Shown here: piece by piece, positions 50,072 to 63,053 of the stretch
Layout: the number at the start of each line of letters is the position of its first letter
Numbering within the stretch: position 1 is the first letter of the stretch
DNA from: Zancudomyces culisetae HAW-14-8
Taxonomy: Eukaryota > Fungi > Kickxellomycota
Reading direction: 5' to 3'
DNA length: 64,000 bases
Assembly (NCBI GenBank): GCA_052426225.1
Contig: JBNJNM010000006.1
Location: 558,001-622,000, forward strand
The notes under the pieces: generated by a model
What the model was told of the DNA's origin: nothing
The model's input: the letters and a program-made list of their open reading frames with translations, nothing else
The model's database searches: none
Position numbers and translations under genes: made by a program

Positions 50072-50797
50072 TTAATCGGTTATTCCAGAGGAAACGTTTT
50101 CTTCATTGCATTGACTCTTTCCATCAAAAAATACATCGCATCTTGAAGTGGTTGCACTTCCAGACTTGTCATCAAAAACCTTGCACACATCGTATGGTGG
50201 TGAGTACAGATGAAGAGAGACGGAATGGACATCCTCCAAATCATTGTTTATTCTGTGAAGCCCTATTTTATCATGGATGTATGCAACATCGTTCAAGTAA
50301 AGCTTAGTTACTTTTTTAGGCATAATCTCTGTGTCTGTGTTAGCTGAACCGGCGTGTGGCATATCAAATTGCTCCTCAGTTAACTCACCATTCAGCAATT
50401 TCATCATGCAATGGCTATTTGCGTGGTCATGAATCGGACTTTTTACATTTTTGCCCCAAACCAAAAGGAGAAGGTTAAACTTCTTATTCCCAGCATCAAC
50501 TAGGTTTCTTGTGTATTTACACCCATTATAGTTGGCAAAATATTTCCAGTCATTAGCTGATGCCTTATAGGCGGTCATGAGCGCTTTGACCTTCTCAACT
50601 TTGACTAGGTCTTCACCCAGGCCCGAATCGGAACCCAAAACGCTATGAATTCCAGCGATCAGGTCATCAAGAGAGTTCACTTGAACTTCTGGGACAATAT
50701 CAACACCTTTGGTATCAAGTACTTTCTGCAGGTAGTGGGGGTGACTTGGTAGCACTGGCCTGAAGGCATTCTGTATTTCGGATGAGGTCTTTAACAT
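50072..50797 (-). CDS. CDO1: Cysteine dioxygenase (cupin), single exon
   Basis: YTRNLVDAGN.KFNLLLLVW, SPIHDHANSHC (two Fe-binding His and the cross-link Cys), GLHRI, SLHLYSPP (cross-link Tyr). Confidence 0.93.
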   Translation of the reverse strand: MLKTSSEIQNAFRPVLPSHPHYLQKVLDTKGVDIVPEVQVNSLDDLIAGIHSVLGSDSGLGEDLVKVEKVKALMTAYKASANDWKYFANYNGCKYTRNLVDAGNKKFNLLLLVWGKNVKSPIHDHANSHCMMKLLNGELTEEQFDMPHAGSANTDTEIMPKKVTKLYLNDVAYIHDKIGLHRINNDLEDVHSVSLHLYSPPYDVCKVFDDKSGSATTSRCDVFFDGKSQCNEENVSSGITD

Positions 50798-53700
50798 TTT
50801 TGCAGCTATTGTACTTCTTTCAACTAATAAACACAACTAAAATTCTGTATAAGAAAAAAAATATGTTGATAAGCATCAACAAGGGCGAGGTATTGGATAT
50901 TTATAAGTGCTAATTCGAATTCGAAATGACGACATTTCCAGCCACTACCGTTGCATCTTTTAATCCTTAACTGAATTGCAACCATTCTCCTTCACAAGTG
51001 AAAATTTTTTAGCTTTTACACAAGCCAATTTTCGAATAAGCGAATCCCAATCCTAGAGTTGGCAATTATCATTTCATTGTCCATTAATTGTTGACAAAGT
51101 TAGATAAGTAAGCCTCAGTTCCCCTTACTTGTTTTCTAAATATAAAATAACTATCACAAAAATGTCATTTCATGACTAAACTCGTGTCTTTTTGATTTTG
51201 TCTTTTTCTCTAACATGCTAGCAAGCCAATCAGTTTCTGTACTTGTTGAAATGTGTTTCATGAATTGATGGGAAATATATAAAGCGTGCTAGCTTGACAC
51301 TACAAAGTACCAAAGTATGTGGATTTTCTATATGATTGGATGCCTTTGGTCTATAAGATTAGAAATAATAATATCATTAACCTTGGAATTTTTGGTAGGT
51401 TGAAGCATGCCCAAATTCTAGGATAAGACCAAAAAATAATGGAAGAAGTGTAACATGACCAGTATTAACACCCAACGAATCTTCATCGTGATGGTGCCCA
51501 TGAAAGGTCAGGTCATATTGGGCCAGGTCAGCTGAAGATTAACAAAAGAAACAAAGGAAAATGTGTATTCCGAAAAAAAGAATGCTGGTCCACTAAAGTC
51601 GCCACTATTACTGGCGAGATACCAGTGTTGTAAATATATGGGTACTGTATTGTTTAACTTGATTGTTTTATAGGCCTCTCCACTAGGCTGAAGAATCTAT
51701 TGTGCTTCAGAATTATAGAAAAATCAATATCAAGTTTTGCCCTTTGCCAACAGCTATGATCATACATTGAGAACCTTGTGGATGGAATTGTATGTAAAAA
51801 AAACTTGTGTATTTCTCCAAGTGATCAAACCATTACACTGTTTGAGAAACAAGTTTTCACAGATATATACACTGTTTCCGATATGCTAATACTACGGTTC
51901 AAGTATCATTTAGATTTTAAATAAAACTTGCATGTGGCCCATGGGGTTGTAGTCGATAATATGTATCTTGTCCGTCTATAGGCAATTTGCATACAAACTT
52001 TTGTATTTTATGGTACACCTGGGCCTAAATTAGACAATCTAAGACAACACACAAATGAAGGGTCCATAAATTGGCATTTATATCATACATTCATTCTTGT
52101 TGAAACTTGTATTTTCAATATCGATGAAATTGTGTACTTTGTATACCAATTTCTCCTCACACGCCCCCCCCGTACTCCATTGCCTTAGTACAATTTATAA
52201 TGTTATTATTTAGCTCTAACCAATATCATATTATGAGCACTATGATCTAGAGTTATCACTGGTTAGTTAAATCTGCATTTCAATTCAATTATGCTTTAAT
52301 TGATTGTTGTAAGATAAACCTATATAAACATTAATATAGCTATGAATATGCTGTATAAACAATAGCTCCTAATGTTGGTCGGAGTCAATGAGCACATTAT
52401 ATGATTTTAATTCTACTTTTGCATGGCTATACTACTCAAAGAAAATGCCATCGCTATAAAGAAAAGATGGCTTGCACTTCTGACAGCAATGATACACAAC
52501 ACTACTTTGATTTAAAGTTAAACATCGAACCACGTTTTTTTTTAGTGCAAAACTGTACAGTTTCCGTATTAATAGTGTTTCACCAAAGTATAATTCTTTC
52601 AGATCGACATACAACTAAGATTGTGTTAAGGTCGATGTAGCTAATCCAACCACAAACAGGCCAAATTGAGGATATTTTCAATGTCCCAAACAGTAAACCA
52701 TTAAATAGATCCACAAAATCGTGTCCCTCCTCCCCTTCAGCATAGCAACACATGTATTACTTCAAAGAGCGTAACAAACACCACGTACTTGTGAGTATAT
52801 GTATCACATAAATTGTCATAAATCATATTTCTATTTCCTGCAAAAATAGTTCACTCCAAGCAAATGGCTTGGTTATTTTTAGATACATAGTGAGTTTTTA
52901 TTTATCCTTTTTTTTAGATTGATGGTAAGGCCTCGGTGTGCTACAGAAGGAGGAAAATGATGCCGAATCCCTACTTATTTTGTAAATACAAAATCTATGG
53001 ACTAATGTGTTCTTATTGTGCCAGACTCTGTCACTTATTGAATATTTCTTTTATTTCACTAGCAAAGTACGTTCAACTAAACCACGCGAAAAAAGCTTAA
53101 TTTTTACGATTAACAAGGCTGCATAGTTTGGCTAACACAAACAATATTGTGTGTAATCACATGTGTTATTAGCTAAAATGTAACAACATGGTATTACTCT
53201 ATGGTATCTGGCTATGTTTTGACTTAAACACCAGCGGTCTAGCTAAAGTGTATTGTAACTTTGAGCGTACCAGATAGGTATGGGTTGGCTAGTTGCTTTG
53301 GAATAACATTTTATTCCCGAAATATCCCTCAGAACCGCACCATTTACACAGATACACTGTTTGATGTATGCTAACTTTTCCTTTTCCGAAAAAACACTCG
53401 CACCTTTTCTGGTTTTTTGTATTTTTTACCAAGAAAGGCACTATAATGGATTTTGAACAGAGTAAAATAATTTTGGAATTTAGCAGATATGGCACCATTA
53501 TGTGATCAAATTATAAATTACAGCCAAATCTTAGAAACGATTACATATGTGTTTCCCAACAATTCTAAAGAAAGGCTTGAAAATGTTGCGATTTAATTAC
53601 CAATTTTATACTTGTTTTCATCTATAAATATCCAAGTATACTTTGTAAGCGAAAGCGAAAGGGAAAAATGGGATTTACTAACTTCAGTAAGCGAAATAGA

Positions 53701-54645
53701 AACCACAAAAAAAAAACTGGCTATCAACTGCTTAAATCCCTCATACAATGATACTTTCAGAATGCTAAGTAATCTTGATAAAAATATTTGTGCGTTCCCA
53801 AGTTTTGTTCATTTTAATAACAAAATATAAATAACTGCAGTAAAAAAAGTACATATTTATGTATAGGTGTTTATCATATCATTGTATGCGTCTTTTGGTA
53901 TCCCTGCAACAAAAAGCGCATAGTAGTGATACAACAGAGCACACAGCAATGTTAATGGGTTATAGTGGTGGTTCTTTACAAAGAAAACCACCGCTGTCCT
54001 AAAACATGTATTTTACACTTTTTCTTGGGCTTTGATATTATGTTTGCACAATATTGATATACATTCATTGGCAGTTTTTTTTTGACTTTTGTAATAGTTT
54101 GTATGAATTTACGTAAAGTTGGCTAAATATTAGTGATAGTCGATTTCTATTACGTTTGAATTATAAATGAACACTAGCTATAAAAAATACATGCCTAAAA
54201 AATAATCCCAACCGATTTATTTTTGTTTTTATTTTTTATTTTTGGCGAAATTGCAAAACTTTAATTATCGATTGGTAAAATACCCACATTTCAAGACTGC
54301 GAAAGAGAAGTACTACAAGCTTTGTCCTTGAACTTTTACTGCCTTTTATTCCTCTCTGCAGTTATTATTTTTTGATTTTCAAAAATAATGATGTTTATAC
54401 TTTGCCAAAACCGACTTATTGAGGGATAGGATTGGTGAAATTAAAAATGAAATTATTCAGGTGTGCCAACCTCCATCTAAAGGCTAATGGTTATAATTTC
54501 TTTCAACATTTAAGCTATACACTTTTACCTTTTTCTTTTTTTTAAAAACCTTTAAAAGGCATATAATTTAAAATTAAAGACACAGGTTTATACACTACAA
54601 CATTATAGGTGTTATCAAAGAGGATACCAAAAGTATACTACATTA

Positions 54646-57024
54646 ATGAGCTTCTCAAAGTCTATCCTAAAAAAACTTGGAGCAAAGGGGAAAGCGGCTA
54701 CAGCCGTGCCTCATGAGTTTTTGTATGGCAGCAAATCAAAAAAGAATGATGTAAAAAACACCCAAGAGCCTGATGATGCTCAAAGTATCGCACCAAGCGT
54801 TAGTGAGAGTCTGGACACTACCCACGTTCAAAGTAAGGCTGCAGACAGTGTCGGGACCGGTGGGGAAACAGATTTGATCTATTTGAGAATGAGAGGATTA
54901 AGACAGCTCGTAAAGTCATACATCCAACATTTTGAAAGCCTGGCCAAAGCGTACAAGCAGACGTTGGATACATTCCAAAAAGGACAGGACATCTTTAATA
55001 AACCCTTAGCAAACGACTTTCTGTTTTTACCCAATAATGAAGGTGGTATCCTATCCTGTGCTTCGTCACTGCAGTCTTTCTTATCAGACCAACTTAGACT
55101 TAAAGCACAGGCAGGTTTGAATGCAGTTAATAATGTTTTGGCAAACCTAGAGGCATATAAAAACGATATCAAAGCTAAAATGAATGACTATAACTCCAGA
55201 CTGGGTTTAATCTACTCAAATCTTACCAAATGCAAGAGTGCAGCAGAGACAACACAGCAGGCGCTAGAAAAGGCTATGGAAATGCTAAAAATAGAATCAG
55301 AGGCTCCAAAGGCTGGCGATCCATATCTGCTTAATCTAGGTTAGTAAAATGAATATTCGTGATGAATACTATATATATGTGTTACTTTTCTTCTTCATTT
55401 AAATATTTGTAATCATGCTGAACGACTTGAAGAGCGATTTAAGAACGGAGCTAAAAAGATTGTGTAGTTTAATAACTGTTATATGTCTTTTTTATTTAAA
55501 CAAATAGAGATGAAGTCTCTCATTGCACGCAGAGTAGATATGGAGAACACACTTTACTTGGCCATTCAAAGCGAGTTGAAAAATCTAGCTGATTGGGAAG
55601 TCACATTCTTACAGTCCATGCAAGCTCTTATAGCAGGTTTCTTTGACTGGGAGGCCAAAAGCAACCTGAAAACTTCGGAAGCAGAAAAAAAAATTGCAGA
55701 TCTATTCTCTAGCGCTGTGGCTACAGCTGAATGGTCTGGTTTTGTTACCAAATACAAAGACTTGTTGGAGTTCCCACAAAACTGTGATGGAAAATCCAAT
55801 GTTTCGAATTATAAATATACGTATATGGACCACTCTTCACTGAGAATCATAAAGAAAGGGCGACTTCAACGCGAGGATATTGGGTATGGTATATCAAATA
55901 AGTTTAAGGATTGCCAGGCTGTCATCACTGAGACAGGATTTATGCATCTTTTTGACGAAGTGAGTGGAATACAAAAGAATGCACCCAATCTTACTATATA
56001 TCTACCTTCAGTTTCTTTGGCACCTATCGACACACCTGATCTTCCAAGAAGTGCTCTCTTGCTCTATACCAAGAAGGGTTCTGCAAAATCAACCGCCTTA
56101 ACAGCTACTATCTCAAACAAGACTAAGTATTTGCTTAAGGCAGAGGATTATGTCGAAATGAAGGAGTGGTGGAAAATCATAGATAAATATACAACAGCCT
56201 CAGTTTCAGAAATATTGCAAAAGGAAGAAATTGTTGATAAGAAGGACAATGTTTCTGCAATCGGACTACCCGCAATCGGCTCAGCCACATCAACAAAGGA
56301 CGATGCGTCGGTTTTTGGGACAACAAGAAGTTTGCATTCTTCAAATATTGATTCACAGTACCTTCTCACGGGGACCAACTCCATTGGGTTTGGCCAGCCA
56401 GGTCATGTCTTTTCATACCAGCCTGTACAACAACCCGATGGCCAAATTGTTTATATTCCTGTGGTTCAACATACTGCTGTGGAGGAGCCATCTGGTGTCT
56501 TTGATCCATCACAGTACCCATCTGGTATACCACAATATGGCACCAACCCACATTTGCAATCGCCAGGCTTTGGTTACATTAATGCGGGAGGCGCTCAGAT
56601 GCCTATGATGATGCAGTACCCACCACAACCACAGCAAATGATGAACGTTCCTGGAAGTTCTCAACCAGGACTGGTTCCCACCCTTCCTATGTCGTTTATG
56701 CAAGGTATGCCTTCGGCTCAAATGACCCCACAGTTACTTCAGTCTCAACTGCAACCCCAAGTACAACCCCAGTTGCAGGCACAGCCTACAGGCAAAAATG
56801 ACCAGAAACCAGACTCACTAACACCCAACTCGTCGAGTTCCAACCAAAAGCCCGTTGAGGGACAAGCTGTATCTACAGAGCCCACCCCAGCTGCTTCTAA
56901 AACGCCAGAAGACTCTGCTTCTAGCAACACACAGAAGACAGAGCAAGCCAGTGCTCCAAAAGAACATACAGTTGATGGAACGGCGGCAGCTGAATCAGAT
57001 GTATTCCATGAGTGTAGTGAGTAG
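54646..57024 (+). CDS. Slm1-like BAR + PH domain protein with Q/P-rich tail. Exons 54646-55339, 55508-57024
   Basis: Helical BAR-like N-half (FLP..EGGI, GDPYL.N, EW..F); PH domain (KKGRLQR, VITETGFMHLF, PNLTIYLP, KAEDYVEMKEWW). Confidence 0.75.
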
Positions 57025-57563
57025 TCAGTTTAGTTTTTTATTTTATGGTTATATTTTACATGTTTGTTATTGGTTGTCTTATTTTCATATCTTTTATTCT
57101 TAATTTTATCGTTATACCTAGCTTTATCTCCAAATGGTGATCATGAAATTTTCATTATTTGAACCTGATGGTATAGTGCTCAACCTACTTATTACGGGTG
57201 TACGTATTTATCAAGTGGTGTATAAACACAACCAACCAGTATAAAATATAAGGCACCGAGAAAGCCAAGCCATTCAATTGTTTCAATATAGATGAAATAG
57301 GTCTGAGTGGACTAGCGATTACATATCCCGAGACCATGGACAGAAAATGCGAATAAAAAGCTATTTTGACCTTTGCACACGAGTTTCACAAGGTGTACAC
57401 ATAATGCCATCATTAAGCCAAAGCATATCATTAGAGTACTAGTTAAACGCTGTAACAAAAAGCCAAAAAGTCAAAAAGCTAAAGAGTTACAAGACTAGTA
57501 TAAAACACCCAAAGAAGTTGGTAGGGGACAATAATCAAAAACAACCAAAAAAAAAAACACTAT

Positions 57564-58295
57564 TTATGGAATATAGGCGGTGGATTTGATTTCAATCAAC
57601 AATTTGGATGGTAATTTTCCAGGAAGTCTACTGACTTCAACTGTGGTTCTAGCTGGACCCGTGGCTGCAGTGAAATATTCATTGTAAACTTTGTTATATC
57701 TTTCAAAATCGTTCATGTTTACGAGGAACACCGTGACGTCGATAAGATTTTCCAAGCCACCACCGAACTGTTCCAAAGCGTACTTGATACTATTTACATA
57801 ATTAGCACCAAATATTTTCTTTAATCAAAGCGTCCAGAAAACAAAAAACCAAACATTCTAAGAGAATGCAATGCTGTGTATTTCCAAGCAAAAAAAAAGA
57901 AAGGAAAAAGTTTCGTCTTACTTTTCTATAACTGTTCGAGTCTGTTCTTCTATATCCAGCTCTAGTGTACCATCGGGTAACTCAGTGACTCCAGCATAGC
58001 TGTTGTGTAAATCAAAAAAAAAAATAATAAATTGTTAAAACCTTGTGAGTTTGGATGGTTGTAAATTATATTTCACATTGCTTAAAGGTGGAAATGGCCC
58101 AAAGGCACAAGTTCGAAACAAAAAAAAAAACAAGATAAATATACCAAAAATCATTTACCTATTGTCTGGTCGGCGTGAGGACAAGCCGCTAACGTATACA
58201 AATGGTCCAACTTTTTTGGCATGAGGATACCCTGCAAGCGGTTGAGCCTTCTCGGTAAGTTGAAGTGATTCCACCTTCAGTTCGGGTAATTGCAT
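57564..58295 (-). CDS. Rid/YjgF-family protein, NbaF-type 2-aminomuconate deaminase. Exons 58295-58159, 57999-57922, 57789-57564
   Basis: Spliced translation [146 protein letters not shown]; SG.SSRRPDN, LVNMNDF and GPARTTV motifs. Confidence 0.88.
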
Positions 58296-58893
58296 TGTGT
58301 TTTTATTTTTTTTGTTGTTGTTGTGAGAATTGCGAATAAACTTGTGAGCGGATGTCGTTTGTTGAAATTATTACTCTATCCTGGTGCTAAGTGGTAACTA
58401 GTATGTTTTTCTCGATGTGATGGGGTATATTTCCGCTTTTTATGTTGTTTGGATACCAAAAATAATTTGCATCAACTAACAACACCAAAAGCGTGGGTGG
58501 AAAAAAGGGGGGAAGGAGGAGCTACAGCTTCATCATGCGATTGGGCAAGACCGGGCGTATTTGAGTATATTGCTGCTTGTTATTCATCTTTAGAAAATGG
58601 GCAAGGGTTGTTCACATCTTTAGCTAGCCATGGGTTTTTGAGGATTTTTAGTGGCTAGCCTGCCAAGTTAATTACTCACAACACAGTTATGGAATAATAC
58701 ATCAAGATTACGTTTATCAATCCTGGGAAAATCGTTGCTTCCAAGCTGAAACGAATTTCGATAGGAATCACAAACCTGGTTTGAAACAGAGAAAGCTAGG
58801 CTTAAGGAGAGCCTTCCTACCCCCTATTCTTTATCTTTTTCTCCCACACTTTTCTTGATCCTTCAAATAATCTATCAGGTTCAGATTTTCTGA

Positions 58894-58920
58894 CCCCCCC
58901 CCCCCCCCCACACACACACA
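58894..58920. repeat. C16 homopolymer followed by a (CA)n microsatellite
   Basis: Read directly from the sequence. Confidence 0.85.
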
Positions 58921-59456
58921 GGTTATCAGAAAGCATTGTATAGTGGGTATATGACGACTTTGATGGTTTATTACAGTCTAAATGATTAAAACCTGATTTT
59001 TGGTACCTAGTGCAACCCATTTCAACACAATCAACAAGTTAATTGATCACTAGGTTAATTATACAATTAGTTAATGTTTTTCGAATGTTTGCTAAAACTC
59101 GGCAACTTAGCTTGATAGCATGTTTAAAATATGATTTCATGTTTAATTTTGCAAAATGAAACATACTAAAATGTTCTAGGTCACGACAAAACTTCAACCA
59201 TACTTTTGTGTATCAGAATCACCACAAGATGCGATCTCCATTTTGGTCCACAACAGCATAATAAATCAATTTTCAACAACAAATAAATATCAGATGCCTT
59301 AATCTTCAAAAAAAAAAGGATTCTGAGTGTAGCTGTGCACTATTGTTCAAAGTTTATTGTAAATGGGGGGGGGGTGAAACAGGTTTACATAGAAAAAAGT
59401 TCATAGCAACAGTAGTAATATCAGTGTGTAAATAAATGCACATAAACATGAGGTAT

Positions 59457-60997
59457 TTAGAAATAGTCACTAGGGTCTAGCCCAAGGAGATGTAAAGCGT
59501 TAAATGCCAAGATGCTCTGCTTATCCTTTTCGCTAAGCCATGTACAGTTTGCAACAAGTTTCCCGGGAACGTCTTCTCCTAGTGGGAATGGATAATCAGA
59601 TCCCAAGACGATGTTTTTTACACCGATTTTTTTGACTAAAAATTCTAGAGTCTCTTCATCATGAACTAGCGAGTCAAAGTATAGTTTTGGCAGATAGCTT
59701 TCAGGATGAGCATTGCAGGAGTGGGCTACTAGATCTGGTCTACATTCATATCCATGGAATATGCGCCCCATTGTTCCCGGGAATGAGCCGCCTCCATGTG
59801 CAAAAACTACCTTCAGATTTGGATGTCTGTCATATACACCACCAAGTATCAATGAACAAATGGAAACTGTGGTTTCGCATGGCTATATATAGATATAAAT
59901 ATTAGTTATTTCCATATCGTATACAAACACTTTGCAAAAAGTGACCCCTGAATAGCACATCAAAATAAAACAAAAAAAATCAAAAGAATGCGGTGACTTT
60001 AAACCACGAAATAGGGGAGCGGAGACGTGGGATATTCTTGACAAATGTTTATAAAAATTGCTAAGCTTACCATTCCAATTAGCCATGGGAACCAGTACTT
60101 GGACATTCTCCCTTCAGAATCCATATCCCATGGATGTATAAATATGGTGGTGTTCAACTCTTCTGCTGCACTCCATATAGGCTCGAATTCAGGAGCATCC
60201 AAGTTCAGGTTATTCACATGTGAGCCTATTTGGAACCCACTCAGTCCCAGTTCCTTCACGCAGCGATGCATTTCGCGAACTGCAAGTTCAGGATCCTGCA
60301 TGGGGATAGTTCCCAATCCTATGAATCTCTTGGGGTTTTCAGAAACACATTGTGCTATGTGATCATTCAAAAACTGTGACACAAAAAGCGCATCCTTTGG
60401 CTTTGCCCAATAAGAGAACATTACTGGTATTGTAGAGATAACCTATTTCAGTTAAACCAAAGAATATTATATAGTTATATAGTGATCTTTCTAGATTCTC
60501 TAGACAAATACTGTGATAGTAAAAAGTAATAATAGAGACTTAGCATGTGATGCTAAAAAGTTGCGGAATAAACCGCACAACGACTTACTTGTACGTCTAC
60601 ACCATCCCTATCACACTCATGAATTCTCTGGGACGAGCGCCAGCAGTTGCAGTCAATTGTTCTAAAATTTCTGCCGTTTTGTATCATATCAGCCTTGTCT
60701 GGGCTCTATAAACATATTCATGCCTTTTTAATAGAGTTGGGGGTAAAGAAATGAAAACATAGTACTAAGGCCATTCAGAAAGCAAGATAAATAGTTGAAT
60801 AACTGAAAACTCATAGGTTTTCACCTCATACTTACGCTTGCATTATCTCTGAGCTTTATCCAGCCGCCATACCCAAACATTTCTTCAAAGTCTGGAATTT
60901 CCCTAGGAAGAATGTGTGTGTGGAAATCTATGACTAGCCTCCTAGCATCACCCGATGCGCTGTTTATTGTGCTCGAATCTTTTTCATCGATTGTCAT
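59457..60997 (-). CDS. ACMSD: 2-amino-3-carboxymuconate-6-semialdehyde decarboxylase. Exons 60997-60836, 60705-60589, 60442-60071, 59882-59457
   Basis: IDFHTHILP (HxH metal site), FGYGGWI, NFRTI..NCW, VQVISTIPVMFSYWAKP.D, RFIGLGTIPMQ.P, QIGSHVN, FIHPWDM, YWFPWLIGMPCET, AHGGGSFP..GRI.HG, GSDYPFPLGE. Confidence 0.96.
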
Positions 60998-63053
60998 TTT
61001 CTATGTTTATCCTTATCGTCTTTTCTTTACCTGCTAATCGTTTAAAGTCACAAAGCTAAATGTAAAATGGAAGATCCTTTCAAAAAGCTATACTAAATAA
61101 TAAGTACTCCTGATGTTATCACTTATTATATGAAGAAGGGATGTTCCTTTTTATTCGCAACTATGTGACTTGTAAGAGGGAGCGTGGGCAAAGTTTTATA
61201 CGAGGCATTATTTCAAAAATAGAAAAAAGCTGGGAGGGGTGTGTCTATTTTTTTTTTGTTACCAATGAATCGGCGTATGCTTTCACAACAACCCAAAAAA
61301 AATAATATGCGCTAAATGCAAAAGTGGTCACAGGAAGATGTGGAGGCTACAAGGCTGGTGTATATCTCAATAAACACATGTTTTTTATTTTTGCTTTGCT
61401 CATATTATACCCATCGGGTTTATCCTAATGATGAAGATGAAAAGAACAGATATGATGTAATTAGATTATGTGATTTTTAGGAAAGGCCAGTAATATGACT
61501 GAGTAGCATAGTTTTTTATTTTTTATTTGCCACGAACAATCATAGAATCTAGCAAGGTCTATTTTGTTTGGTAGTTCATATTTTTTTTCTCACTATTTCA
61601 AATCTAGTCCTTGAATGCATCAAGTTTAGGTAATGCAAGTAAAGGTAATGAGTTAATAGCATGTACGTATTCTGATGATAACAGAACCGCTTATAAGGAC
61701 AACTTGGTTATTCATGTTTGATAGATTTTCTGAGGGAAATCAGGAAAGTTTCTTTTTGAGTATTTGGGCAAGGTAACTACGATCTTTATTTTTTAAAACT
61801 AAAAGGAAAGATGAAATAGAATTGAGTTATGAGTGCTCACAGGCCAAAACAAGCACTGCGTTATCAGTTTGCTGTTTCATAACTTATGTAACCAGTTCCC
61901 ACGGATATTAAGGTGCTGTAACACGAAGATAGATAAATAGAGAGAAGAAGAGGGGGTGGGAAGGGAACATTTGTTTCAACTTTGTAGTTTTACTATGTTT
62001 ATTTCTGGTATTTTCATCTTATTTATTTTTCACAACTATTTGCAGAATGAAAGTGGTACCATCAGATATAAACATATCTATCTAGTTGGATAAATACACG
62101 CAAAAGCAAAAAGCGCTGAATTACAGCTTGACGGTTTATTCGTTGTTGATATCACTTCTTTTTTCAAATGGTTGATAGAAAGTGTGGGAAAAATAATAGC
62201 CCATTGCTTTGGTTAGGGGCTTGTTCTCAAAGCTCACAAACCTAACCTGCCTTGTGAACATTTTTGTTTTTTGGTATTTTTACGGCTAGTTTGTGGGATC
62301 ATCTATATGTGTTGATATCTGTTAAGATTATGAATAAAAGTAAAAAAAAGCAAAAAAAAAAGGTTGATTGAGGGGCTAGTCGAAAATATTGTTATAACAG
62401 TCGTGCATAATGATAGATACGTGAGTAGACACATAAATGTACCTATGCTGGCGTCTATATACCACTGGAGTCATGTTATATGGACACCAACAGCAAAAAC
62501 AAGTGTACTTTTTTTTTCTACAAAATTGGCTTTGCTTGTACTTTTCCATCAAAACAGCAAAAGTTGTTGGTTTTCACTCCTCTTTTCTCACACTATCAAT
62601 CTCCTCCCCTTCACCCCCTTTGGCCAATTTCTGTTATTTACTCGTTAATCAAATTTAGTACTTTTTTATGTTACTTTGACAGTTTCATCATTTTTCAAAT
62701 ATGACAAATTAATCAAAAACATGGAAAAAAACGAAATTGATTATAACAAACCGGTTTCAGCAGTTTCTATTTGGTAGCGCTTGAGGCATCAAATTGTGCA
62801 CGCTGTTTCAGTTACAAATTGTCGAATAAATCCTTAATGACTAAATTCAGCTTCGAGCGAACCCACTAATTGTTATTATTTTCGGTGAAAACTCAAAGCA
62901 TTGATGCATTTTACAGATAAAAAAATATAAGGCCTAGACCCATTGTAACGCACCTGTGTTGAAGAAATAAAAAATAAACACATAAAAGTTGGCAAACAAG
63001 TTGGATGAATTAAAATATCAAAATAACACACAAGAGAGAGAGAAAAAAAAGAG

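Noticed and set aside
55359-55421. Box C (GTGATGA) and box D (CTGA) in the intron of the SLM1-like gene, a possible C/D snoRNA
   Set aside because: No canonical terminal stem and no recognisable rRNA guide; such motifs are common by chance.
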